Below are positions 9,073 through 18,002 of a stretch of 32,000 bases of DNA, piece by piece. The notes under the pieces are model-generated. The model ran no database searches, was not told where the DNA came from, and was given only the letters and a program-made list of their open reading frames with translations. The DNA lies in contig JBHLKY010000012.1 in assembly GCA_048886185.1 (NCBI GenBank), positions 5,881 through 37,880 of the forward strand, in the 5' to 3' direction. This DNA is from Candidatus Hermodarchaeota archaeon (GTDB lineage: Archaea > Asgardarchaeota > Heimdallarchaeia > Hodarchaeales > Hodarchaeaceae). Made by a program: the position numbers and the translations under genes. Position 1 is the first letter of the stretch, and every line of letters begins with the position of its first letter.

Positions 9073-9864
9073 ATGAAACTAGTGGTAGGAATCGATATAG
9101 GTTCGTTAACAGCAAAAATTGTTGTTCTAGCGATTCCCAACAGATCAAAGGACGAAATCGAGCAGAAATATTCCTTTATTAAACGCGTAGGTTATAATCC
9201 AGCGGGGATTGCCATTGATCTTATAAATAGTGCAAAAAAGTCTATAGGGGTAGAAAATTTTTCCTATATGATCTCTACTGGTTATGGGAGAAAATTAGTT
9301 GAGAATGCTGACGAGAGAATAACTGAGATTACATGTCATGCTACAGGAGCCTTTTTTATCAATCCTGATATTCGAACAATAATTGATATTGGAGGACAAG
9401 ATTCCAAAGTAATTCAAATAAATGAAAAAGGTCAAATTCAAGATTTCGAGATGAATGATAAATGTAGTGCAGGGACAGGACGCTTCTTGGAAGTCATGGC
9501 TAATGCTTTAGAAGTAGAACTGTCAGAATTTGGTAATCAAGCCCTAATTTCTACAAATCCAGCTTCTATATCAAGTATATGCACTGTATTTGCAGAATCA
9601 GAAGTAATTTCTCGTCTGAATCAAGGAGCTAATAGAGTTGATATTATTGCCGGAATTCACAAAACAATTGCCAATAAAATTACTGCATTAGCAGCCCGAG
9701 TAGGAATCAAACCATTAATAGCCTTAACAGGTGGAGTTGCTTTAAATCCAGGAGTGAGAAAAATGCTTGAAAAAAACTTCAACTTACCTATTGAGGTTCC
9801 TGTGCATCCCCAAATGATTGGAGCATTAGGTGCTGCTTTGTTAGCATCTAAAAATCTAGTATAG
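9073..9864 (+). CDS. 2-hydroxyacyl-CoA dehydratase activator-type ATPase (HgdC/HadI/BadG family, ASKHA fold, [4Fe-4S])
   Basis: GIDIGSLTAK, STGYGR, EITCHA, DIGGQDSK, MNDKCSAGTGRFLE, SSICTVFAESEV (both cluster Cys present), GGVALN, IGALGAAL. Confidence 0.93.
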   Translation: MKLVVGIDIGSLTAKIVVLAIPNRSKDEIEQKYSFIKRVGYNPAGIAIDLINSAKKSIGVENFSYMISTGYGRKLVENADERITEITCHATGAFFINPDIRTIIDIGGQDSKVIQINEKGQIQDFEMNDKCSAGTGRFLEVMANALEVELSEFGNQALISTNPASISSICTVFAESEVISRLNQGANRVDIIAGIHKTIANKITALAARVGIKPLIALTGGVALNPGVRKMLEKNFNLPIEVPVHPQMIGALGAALLASKNLV

Positions 9865-9884
9865 TTCTAAATAGAGGAATATTA

Positions 9885-10859
9885 TTGTCCAATGTTTACA
9901 AAGATTTGACAATTTTAGATGTGAAAGAAACACTCAGGCAGATACGACCTTATGTGATTAATACGCCATTAATTAGGTCTTATTATTTAGAAAAACAGAT
10001 TGGAAAGGAGATATACTTAAAACTAGAGTATTTACAACCAACACGATCATTTAAAGTTCGTGGAGCTTGCTCAAAGGCATTATCATTAGAGAAAAAAGAA
10101 CTATCAAAGGGATTAGTTACCGCATCTGGCGGAAATCATGGATTGGGAGTATGTTATGCCGGAAGAGAACTCAAAACTCCAGTTATTGTCTTTCTTCCAA
10201 TAAATACCGCTAAAGAGAAAGTAACTTCAATACAGCAATGGAGAGGGAAGACAATTTTATTTGGTGAAGCTTGGGATGAGGCAAATCTTAAAGCACAACA
10301 ATACGCACAAGAGAATGATTTAACATATATTCACCCGTTTGATGATATAACTGTGGTTAGAGGTCAGGGAACTATAGCAATCGAAATACTAGAGCAAAAT
10401 CCCTATCTCGATGCAATTGTGGCTTCAGTTGGAGGAGGAGGTTTGATTAGTGGAGTTGGGGTTGTCTCAAGACAAATGAAACCAGAAATTAAAGTTTGGG
10501 GAGTTGAAACAATTGGATGTGATGCCGTGACACAAAGTTACAGGTTAGGTCATCCTGTCACTTTACCTGCTATTACAAGTATTGCAGACACATTAGGGGC
10601 AAAGAGAACAACAGAAGCAACCCTAAGCAGAATTAAAGCCGTTGTAAATGATATGCAAACTGTTACTGACAAAGAAGCTTTAGATGCTTTACAGTTACTT
10701 TTAGAAAAAGAAAAAATTCTTGTAGAACCCGCTACTTCATGTTCTGTTGCTGCCTTACTACAAAATAAGTTTGAATTATCAGATGTAGAAAAAATTTGCA
10801 TCATTTTGTGCGGTGCAAATGTTTCCCTTAGACAACTAAGAGAGTGGGGAGTGCTTTGA
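9885..10859 (+). CDS. PLP-dependent threonine/serine dehydratase without ACT domain
   Basis: KLEYLQPTRSFKVRGA (PLP Lys), SGGNHG, HPFDD..GQGT, VGGGGLISG, LVEPA; 324 aa, catalytic domain only. Confidence 0.92.
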   Translation: MSNVYKDLTILDVKETLRQIRPYVINTPLIRSYYLEKQIGKEIYLKLEYLQPTRSFKVRGACSKALSLEKKELSKGLVTASGGNHGLGVCYAGRELKTPVIVFLPINTAKEKVTSIQQWRGKTILFGEAWDEANLKAQQYAQENDLTYIHPFDDITVVRGQGTIAIEILEQNPYLDAIVASVGGGGLISGVGVVSRQMKPEIKVWGVETIGCDAVTQSYRLGHPVTLPAITSIADTLGAKRTTEATLSRIKAVVNDMQTVTDKEALDALQLLLEKEKILVEPATSCSVAALLQNKFELSDVEKICIILCGANVSLRQLREWGVL

Positions 10860-10938
10860 GCTTTGAAAATTTACTCCTAGTATTTATAATCTTAAACCTG
10901 ACGGAAGGTTGTGAACAATTCATAGGAGAAAAGCAATA

Positions 10939-11454
10939 TTGGATGCGTTAGAACTATTAAAAAGTCGTAGAAGTATTCGAAAGTATAAATCAACCCCAGT
11001 AGAGCCTGAAAAAATTGAGAAATGTCTAGAGGCTGCTCAATGGAGTCCCTCTGCCAGCAATAAACAACCTTGGGAATTTCTGATCGTAACGGATGAAGAT
11101 AAGAGAAAAAAATTAGCTATTTTCCATCCTTATGGGAAATTTGTAGCAGAAAGCCCAGTAGTTTTCATTCCTTTAACCAATCCTAAGGTTCATCCCAAAT
11201 ATCATCAATCTGATACTGCCTTAGCTACCTTACAATTCATAATTGAAGCTCATTCCTTAGGTTTGGGAACTTGTTGGGCAGGGGTCATAGGAACAAACTT
11301 TGAAAACAAAATTAAGGATTTATTAAATATCCCTGAGCATCTAAGAGTACTTGCACTCGTGGCTGTTGGATATGCTAATGAAACTCCTAGTTCTAATCGA
11401 AAACCTATTGAGAGCTTAGTCCATAAAGAATCATACATTCGTCATTATTCCTAA
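10939..11454 (+). CDS. Nitroreductase family protein
   Basis: RRSIRKY, A..SPSASNKQPWEF, AHSLGLGTCW, LVAVGY. Confidence 0.93.
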   Translation: MDALELLKSRRSIRKYKSTPVEPEKIEKCLEAAQWSPSASNKQPWEFLIVTDEDKRKKLAIFHPYGKFVAESPVVFIPLTNPKVHPKYHQSDTALATLQFIIEAHSLGLGTCWAGVIGTNFENKIKDLLNIPEHLRVLALVAVGYANETPSSNRKPIESLVHKESYIRHYS

Positions 11455-11810
11455 AATTACTTTTTCAGTTCACCAATAAATGTCAAATCCCCTCCTTCTT
11501 GTTCTCCTTCCTTTAATATTTTTTATACTAGTAGAATTTTAATTTTTCAATAATTCTTGCATGATAGGGCGTTTTTTCAATCTCTGTAATGCATATGTGA
11601 TTTTTTAAGATGATTTGGATATAGATTTTCTTTTGGAATTTGAAAATTCCCAATTCTTTCTCTGTTTTAAAGGTTCTATCCTCACAAAATGGTCAAAATA
11701 GCTGATTATTATATAATATTTTGATTTTAATAAAAAATGCAAATCACCAAATAATTTATATGCTAAATATTAGAAAAAATGATTAATTTTGACAAAAAAA
11801 GTAAAAAAAC

Positions 11811-13706
11811 TTAGTTAGATCTTTTTGTTTTTCGGGAAAATATAACAAGTATTCCTATGAATAGAATAATGGATATGTGATTTAAAAATAAACCTGTTTG
11901 TTGGATTTGAGTGGTAGTTGGATTCATTTGCTGGGTCATCGTGCTTACTAGAATGGAAACTATAGAAGAAGATGTAATGATTATTGGTTTCCATAAGACA
12001 TAATAAGGTCTCATGAATTCAATTGGAAAAATGGTTTCATTTAGAGAAGAATCTATAAAATAAAAGCGATAGTAATATTCTAATTCCCTACTTAGCCCAA
12101 TAAACTCATACTGACCAGAATCCTTGAAATCTAAATCTTGTAAAACCAATTCTTGATATCCAGCAACACCCCACTCGATCTCTATTCGCACAGGGCGATC
12201 AATAGTCCATTCTACTAAAATACCTCTTGAAGTATTGAAAAACTCAAGGTGAAGGATTACTGGTTGGTAAGGGGATGGTTCAAATCCCCAAGTGGTTGAG
12301 AATGCCAAATTAAAGGTTTTTGGATAAAGTCGTGTAATGTTATTTTGATCAGCAATCCATAAACGATAATATACCCTGTAACTTACTGGTGCTTTAATTA
12401 AAATTGTTCTTGATGTATCAAGTGTTGTATTAATGTACTTTATTGTTTGATAACCTGCTTCCCCCCATTCTGCAATGATTTGCGTTGGAATATCGGTTTT
12501 TAGAGATAATCTGACACCTGCAGTCGTATTAATTGCATTAAATGAGACTACTTGAGGAGAAAACTCTGAATTTATAAAAACTGATGGTCTCCATTTATTA
12601 TAGTAATTTCTGATTAATGAATTGTTCGTAAGCCTATAAATAACCTCTAACTGGAAAACATGAATCTTTAGATAGTCAAAATTGACTTTACCTTTTCTTG
12701 CGTATTTCGAAAGCCCGAAATAAGTATCATATTCAGGAAGACTAGATTCAATTGCTGCACTTCCTTCATAAAATAATTGGCTTGCTAGGGCCTTTTTTTG
12801 CGTACGAGGGTGTTTTGAGTACTCATAAAGTCCAAAAATGGCATAAATATGACCGTTTAAGATAAATTCTAAGTCTTCCTCTTGTTCACAGGGCGATTCG
12901 AGAAACCATGTTTTATTGATTCCCTCAATAAAAGTAAATCCTCCTTTTTCCCGTGTATAATTGTTTCCTGTGAAAGTGATACCCCCCTCTTCCCATTCAT
13001 AAGTAAATGTTTCCAAGACTTTGTTTACTCCTTCTAAATAGGAACTATTTCCAGTGACTTCTTCTGCTCTAAGAAGAACTTGAATAATCAATCCTTGTGC
13101 TAACCCTGAGACCCAAGGTACAGTTTGTTTATGCCAAAGTGGGATTTTCCAATTATATAGGAAGAAACCATCGTTTGTCATGTTTTTCATTAAAAAATCA
13201 GCAATTTTCAGAAGTATACTATAATTGTTAATCTGATAATTAAATAATGCGAAGAAAGCTGTTGTTACAGGATTGTATTTCCAACCTAATTCATAATCGT
13301 GTAAGCTAATTATAACATATTCTCCGGTAAACTGATAGATTCCTTCTTTAAAGTGGCGTTCAATAGAAATTAAATCTTTATAAACTATTTTCCAACCATC
13401 AATATCATATTCCTTATAGAAGGAGTTGTTATTAGGAACATCTGGTGAAACAAGATTTGTTAATCCTTCTTTATGATGATAATCTATATTTTTTGTCTTT
13501 TCAAGGATTTTAGGATTTTTAATTTCTTTTGAATTCGAAAATAAGGAAGTATTGTATGAATAGGTAAAAAAGGATGAATAGGATATTAGGATTATAAGCA
13601 TAATGAATTGAATCATATTCTTAGACAGTCTATATTTCAAAATAAATAAGCTAATTCCAACATTAGGTGTTTCCACCTTTATTTCCTCTCTGATAGATTT
13701 TTTCAA
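11811..13706 (-). CDS. Surface-anchored D-glucuronyl C5-epimerase-like protein with two FN3/Ig-like repeats and a C-terminal TM anchor
   Basis: C5-epimerase C-terminal motifs YNPVT, WVSGLAQG, WFLESP, FILNGHIYAIFGLY, YDT, YLKIHVFQL, YYNKW. N-terminal hydrophobic segment, many NxS/T sequons, T/Q-rich linker, TM, then RKTKR. The start codon may lie downstream (MIQFIML). Confidence 0.8.
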   Translation of the reverse strand: MKKSIREEIKVETPNVGISLFILKYRLSKNMIQFIMLIILISYSSFFTYSYNTSLFSNSKEIKNPKILEKTKNIDYHHKEGLTNLVSPDVPNNNSFYKEYDIDGWKIVYKDLISIERHFKEGIYQFTGEYVIISLHDYELGWKYNPVTTAFFALFNYQINNYSILLKIADFLMKNMTNDGFFLYNWKIPLWHKQTVPWVSGLAQGLIIQVLLRAEEVTGNSSYLEGVNKVLETFTYEWEEGGITFTGNNYTREKGGFTFIEGINKTWFLESPCEQEEDLEFILNGHIYAIFGLYEYSKHPRTQKKALASQLFYEGSAAIESSLPEYDTYFGLSKYARKGKVNFDYLKIHVFQLEVIYRLTNNSLIRNYYNKWRPSVFINSEFSPQVVSFNAINTTAGVRLSLKTDIPTQIIAEWGEAGYQTIKYINTTLDTSRTILIKAPVSYRVYYRLWIADQNNITRLYPKTFNLAFSTTWGFEPSPYQPVILHLEFFNTSRGILVEWTIDRPVRIEIEWGVAGYQELVLQDLDFKDSGQYEFIGLSRELEYYYRFYFIDSSLNETIFPIEFMRPYYVLWKPIIITSSSIVSILVSTMTQQMNPTTTQIQQTGLFLNHISIILFIGILVIFSRKTKRSN

Positions 13707-14184
13707 TTTTAACGAATTTATTCATAACAAGAAAAAGGGATGGATATTTTGTTTAATTCAATATCTCCTTTTTAGTTTTTGATATGATATGTTAAGCTTA
13801 AGCCCACAAAAAATTCCAATAAACTCAAGAAAAGGTTTTTTTATATGTCTTTTCAAGAATATTGGTTCAGAATCAATGACTGTTTGTGGTTGTGTCTATT
13901 TGGGTAATTTAATCCAGGAACTAAACTTAAGAGGAATATTTATGCTATAACTGATGTACCAATATACTTCTAAACATCGATAAAATTTATTTTCGAAGAA
14001 AATCCAAGTAAATATTCCTTTTTAACATACATTAATATTATTGTTAAATGATAACTTTATGAAGCATAATAAGAGTAACTAAACGGCCATTTAGAGCATT
14101 TACGAGCTTTATTATTATTCATTCAAAGAAATTATCTACTTAACACCAACTAAAATTTCAATAAAGAATTCTATCATCATATGA

Positions 14185-14193
14185 TTTAATATA
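14185..14193 (+). promoter_or_regulatory. TATA box for the candidate sRNA
   Basis: TTTAATATA lies about 22-30 nt upstream of the 5' end of the structured element at 14215. No + strand ORF follows it. Confidence 0.5.
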
Positions 14194-14214
14194 GGATTAA
14201 AAAAATGGACAGAA

Positions 14215-14283
14215 TGAGCCCCTGATGTTCGAAAGGCATATGTCTGATTCGTGATGACTGAAGGTTCCGAACGATGGGGTTCA
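14215..14283 (+). ncRNA. Candidate C/D-box-like (K-turn/K-loop) small RNA, ~70 nt
   Basis: Terminal stem UGAGCCCC/GGGGUUCA; C-like UGAUGU (14223); D' CUGA (14244); loop UUC; C' GUGAUGA (14251), extended by GUC/GAC pairing; degenerate D (CCGA or ACGA). GC-richer than its flanks. Confidence 0.6.
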
Positions 14284-14285
14284 CT

Positions 14286-16562
14286 TCATCGAAGAGCCAG
14301 TTGAAAGGAGAGATTTTTCTGTTCTTGTTGTCCAAATCCAATTAAATCAGCTTGGCCTCGCTTTATGGCTAGTTCTGCAGTTTCAACATCGAAATCACCA
14401 CTACAAACGATGGCGATGTGAGGAAGATCATCTTTTACTTTTTGGATAAATCGCTCAACACCTGCTTCTTGATCTGATAAATAGTCGATACAAAGTAGCT
14501 CGATCCCTGCTTTCTCGATTGATTTAACGACTATAGATAGTTCATCTTCAGATAAACCATGAAATGGAGCCGAGATATAAAAAGCAAGCATCATGTTTAA
14601 AGGAAGATTTGCACGAATCGCCGTTGCCACTTCTAATGGAAAACTAATACGCTTCTTAAGCGATCCCCCGTATTCATCGCTTCGTTGATTGTATTCTTGT
14701 GAGAGAAATTGACCAAGGAGATCTGGCTTGTTATGTGTTACGCTTGAGGAGATTTCAACAATATCAAAACCCACACGTGCAGCACGCATTGCAGCTTCAA
14801 CGAAAGAATCACGAATCTCAATAATTTCATCGTCTGATAAAGAACGAGGGGTATCATGATTTATGATTGGGATTGCTGAAGGTGCTATTGGTTGTACACC
14901 ACATATTGATTTCTTGGTCGCACCACCTGCATGAGTCAATCTTATACCAATAAGAGATCCGTATTCATGAACTTGATTGACTACTTCCTTAAGCCGAGGA
15001 ATTACATAATCATCATGAATTCCAATTTGATAGAGATGATCCTTTCCTGAAGGAGTTATATAAGCAGGCTCCAGATAGACAAGTCCCGCACCACTCTGAG
15101 CTATTTTAGTATAATGGTTAATCGCGTCTCGAGTAATCTGGCCATTTACCAGTTCCCCTGCATTTATCTCTCCGATCTTGGTTGAAGGCATTACTACTCG
15201 ATTTCGAGCTTGCAGCTTTCCCAATTGGTAAGAACGAGTCAGAATTGATTCTTTTGGAACACGATTTCTAATTATTAAAATCATCAGGGTTGCGATTGTA
15301 TATAGGGTAGCAGTAAACATGAAAACATAGAGAAAACCAAAATTATCTATAATAAATCCTCCAAATGAGGCAGAAAGCGACCAGAACATTCCCCAAGCTA
15401 AAGTTTCTAATGAATTCCATTTAGCTCTCGAAGTTGATGGAACTACATCCATGACAATAGAACGACTCACAGGTCCAGCTGCATTCATTAAAGCATTACG
15501 ACTAATATAAAAAATCACCAGAAGTAATACAGATATAGGAAATGAGATGATCTGATTCTGATATAATAAAAGGTTTACCACCAAGCCCAATAAACAAATA
15601 ATTGCGAGACCCTGAGTTAAGAATACTGAACCAATACGCCCAAAGATTCTAATCATCCGTTGAGCTAGAAGTGCTGCTGATCCTGTAATAATAAATGTTG
15701 TACCAGTTATAAGATATGTAAAGAACGGTTTCAAGCCATATCCTATTGTTGGGTTAGCAAATAAAATAGGAAAAAACGCTACTGTAGCCCCAGCACCAAA
15801 TCCAATGATCACTCCACTGATAACTAAAATTGTAGGAGTTATAGCATCATAATAAAACGGATATCCGAATAATGTTACATATGGTTGATCTTTGGTATTT
15901 TCTTTCACCAAAGTCCCTGACTCAGGAGAAACTGACTTTTTTACCTTAATTACAATTGCCTTATCGTCAGAAGCAAATATCACCGTAATGTAGGCAATTA
16001 TTGAACATATTGCTCCAATGAAAATGAGATTTTGAAGCAAAGTGAAATCCCACGCGTCACCAAGGATCAATGTAAGCCCCGCTGCTAAGTAAGGCCCTGC
16101 AGCTGATGCTAAAAGGTTAGCAAAAAACATTTTTGCGAAAACTTGACTTCGACGACCTGGTTCAATAGAATCAGCAATTAATGCCTGTGCAGCCGGACCA
16201 GATAATCCCCAACCTATTCCTCCAAAGGTTTCACTTAGAAAAAGAACAGATAGTGCTACATGAGGAGTTTCAGTCAATGTAGTTGAATAAATAAGCGCAA
16301 TTTGAGCGAAAACGCCAAAGAATACAGAGATTCGGATGAGGAGATCTCTCCGATATTTATCTGCAAAATATCCAGAAGGAAACACAAAAATAGTAGAAGC
16401 TAATCCTTGTATTGTAAAAAGATTCCCCAAGATCAAATTAGATTGTCCTAATCCTTGAGGTGGATTGTTTGTTACATAGATAGAGAAAGCAGTCTGAATT
16501 ATACCCATTCCGATAGCAAAACCAATTGTTTGGATATAAGCCAACTTGATATTCCAATTCAC
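14286..16562 (-). CDS. MFS transporter fused to a degenerate NADH:flavin oxidoreductase (Old Yellow Enzyme) domain
   Basis: About 435 aa of 12-TM MFS (SGYFADKYRRD, ADSIEPGRRS) continues without a stop into LGKLQARNRVVMP, GAGLVYLE, HAG, GFDIVEI, QFLS..NQRSDEYGGSL..R..F.LEV, ADLIGFG. Confidence 0.88.
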   Translation of the reverse strand: MNWNIKLAYIQTIGFAIGMGIIQTAFSIYVTNNPPQGLGQSNLILGNLFTIQGLASTIFVFPSGYFADKYRRDLLIRISVFFGVFAQIALIYSTTLTETPHVALSVLFLSETFGGIGWGLSGPAAQALIADSIEPGRRSQVFAKMFFANLLASAAGPYLAAGLTLILGDAWDFTLLQNLIFIGAICSIIAYITVIFASDDKAIVIKVKKSVSPESGTLVKENTKDQPYVTLFGYPFYYDAITPTILVISGVIIGFGAGATVAFFPILFANPTIGYGLKPFFTYLITGTTFIITGSAALLAQRMIRIFGRIGSVFLTQGLAIICLLGLVVNLLLYQNQIISFPISVLLLVIFYISRNALMNAAGPVSRSIVMDVVPSTSRAKWNSLETLAWGMFWSLSASFGGFIIDNFGFLYVFMFTATLYTIATLMILIIRNRVPKESILTRSYQLGKLQARNRVVMPSTKIGEINAGELVNGQITRDAINHYTKIAQSGAGLVYLEPAYITPSGKDHLYQIGIHDDYVIPRLKEVVNQVHEYGSLIGIRLTHAGGATKKSICGVQPIAPSAIPIINHDTPRSLSDDEIIEIRDSFVEAAMRAARVGFDIVEISSSVTHNKPDLLGQFLSQEYNQRSDEYGGSLKKRISFPLEVATAIRANLPLNMMLAFYISAPFHGLSEDELSIVVKSIEKAGIELLCIDYLSDQEAGVERFIQKVKDDLPHIAIVCSGDFDVETAELAIKRGQADLIGFGQQEQKNLSFQLALR

Positions 16563-16819
16563 GTTCTTTTCACTTCTAATTAAATAATGACACTGTGAAT
16601 ATGAAGATCTGTCATTTACCTTCTGATTTATCCATCAATGGTTGGTAATATGAAATAATTCAAGCTTAAACAGTAAGTCTTTCTTAATAATGATCAGTTA
16701 TAATTCTTGATATTTTAAATAAAATAATATAAGATAATGAAATCATGCTATAATAAGGATTAATATTCTCTCAAATCAGTGAGAACATAAATGGAATATT
16801 CATACTGGAGAACTTATTC

Positions 16820-17290
16820 TTGACTAAAGCAATTATTGAAACTAAATATGGGAATATCGTAATAGACTTTTTTGACGAAGTTACAAACACCGTTAAGAAT
16901 TTTGTATCCTTAGCGGAATCAGGATTCTATGATGGCCTGAAATTTCATCGATGCATCGATAATTTTGTTGCTCAAGGAGGATGTCCTATAGGAACAGGGA
17001 CAGGTGGTCCAGGTTACTCTATCCCTTGTGAAACCGAAAAAAATACAGAAAAACACAAACATGTCCGAGGAGCTCTGTCGATGGCCCATGCAGGTAGAAA
17101 TACAGGTGGTTCGCAATTTTTTCTAGTTCGGGCACCCCAACCTCATCTGGATGGAAAACACACAATTTTTGGTGAAATTATTGACGGTTTAGAAATTATA
17201 GACAAAATTAGTAATGGAGATAAAATGAATCGAATTACAATAATTGATAAAAGTTCATTAATTAAAAATCATGAGTTAATTAAGATGTAA
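16820..17290 (+). CDS. Cyclophilin-type peptidyl-prolyl cis-trans isomerase
   Basis: [50 protein letters not shown]. Confidence 0.96.
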   Translation: MTKAIIETKYGNIVIDFFDEVTNTVKNFVSLAESGFYDGLKFHRCIDNFVAQGGCPIGTGTGGPGYSIPCETEKNTEKHKHVRGALSMAHAGRNTGGSQFFLVRAPQPHLDGKHTIFGEIIDGLEIIDKISNGDKMNRITIIDKSSLIKNHELIKM

Positions 17291-17392
17291 ATGACCTTTC
17301 TATCTAATAGAAAATAATTACCTCAATAAATATTTGAAAGTGGAAGTGATGGATTAATCTTTAGATAAGATTATCTTTTTTAGACAACTCAC

Positions 17393-17965
17393 GTGGAGGT
17401 TTTCTCTATCCCTGTCTGCAAGAAGTGTCACAATTATGTTATGAAGTTAGACGAGGATAATCCCTGTCCTCACTGTGGAAATATCCAAACCTTGACAGAC
17501 CGAACAGATGATGAATTTCAACCAGTAATTCCACAAGATTTACAATTTGACTTTCATAAGGATATTGGCGACCAAACAAATATTTTTAGAGTACCCACAC
17601 ATCAGGAAATATACGATAAAACTTCCTCAAAAGAGGGATTACCTATTCCCCCTCCACCCACTAGTTCGCCAACTCGTGTTTCTCAGGATATTCCTTTAGA
17701 ATCGATTTTTCCCACATTGGATAATGTATCCCTTGATCCGGCTTCCCAAAAAGTATATTTTCAGTTATCTGTCGAATTCCAGATTATATTGAATAATGCC
17801 TCAAATTATCGTCAAGGTCTCTTCCGCTGGAACTTATTATTACCTGACCGGTTACAGGAATATGGATTAACGGAAGAAGCTTGGCATAAAATCGCAGCAA
17901 AGGGGGATGGCGATGAAAAAATACAAGAACAGTTGAATCGATTGCTCCGATCACTCTTTGGATAA
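17393..17965 (+). CDS. Hypothetical protein: N-terminal Zn ribbon, Pro-rich linker, helical C-terminus
   Basis: CKKC..CPHC; PIPPPPTSSP; 190-aa ORF co-oriented with the cyclophilin gene. Confidence 0.65.
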   Translation: MEVFSIPVCKKCHNYVMKLDEDNPCPHCGNIQTLTDRTDDEFQPVIPQDLQFDFHKDIGDQTNIFRVPTHQEIYDKTSSKEGLPIPPPPTSSPTRVSQDIPLESIFPTLDNVSLDPASQKVYFQLSVEFQIILNNASNYRQGLFRWNLLLPDRLQEYGLTEEAWHKIAAKGDGDEKIQEQLNRLLRSLFG

Positions 17966-18002
17966 AGAAGAATGTCTTTAGATAGTTTTTAGATACATTT
18001 AA

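Noticed and set aside
11460-11520. Minus-strand fragment EGEQEGGDLTFIGELKK resembling a 2OG-Fe(II) oxygenase motif
   Set aside because: Under 25 codons, with stops immediately upstream and no start.
14229-14243. D' guide complement contains GCCUUUCGA, like a tRNA-Glu(UUC) anticodon loop
   Set aside because: The +5 rule would place the methyl at about position 28 rather than 32/34; cannot be verified without the tRNA set.
14215-14283. Hammerhead, SECIS or H/ACA interpretation of the structured RNA
   Set aside because: CUGAUGU-UC-GAAA lacks hammerhead stem II. There is no upstream + strand selenoprotein gene for a SECIS. There is no ACA box at the correct distance for H/ACA.
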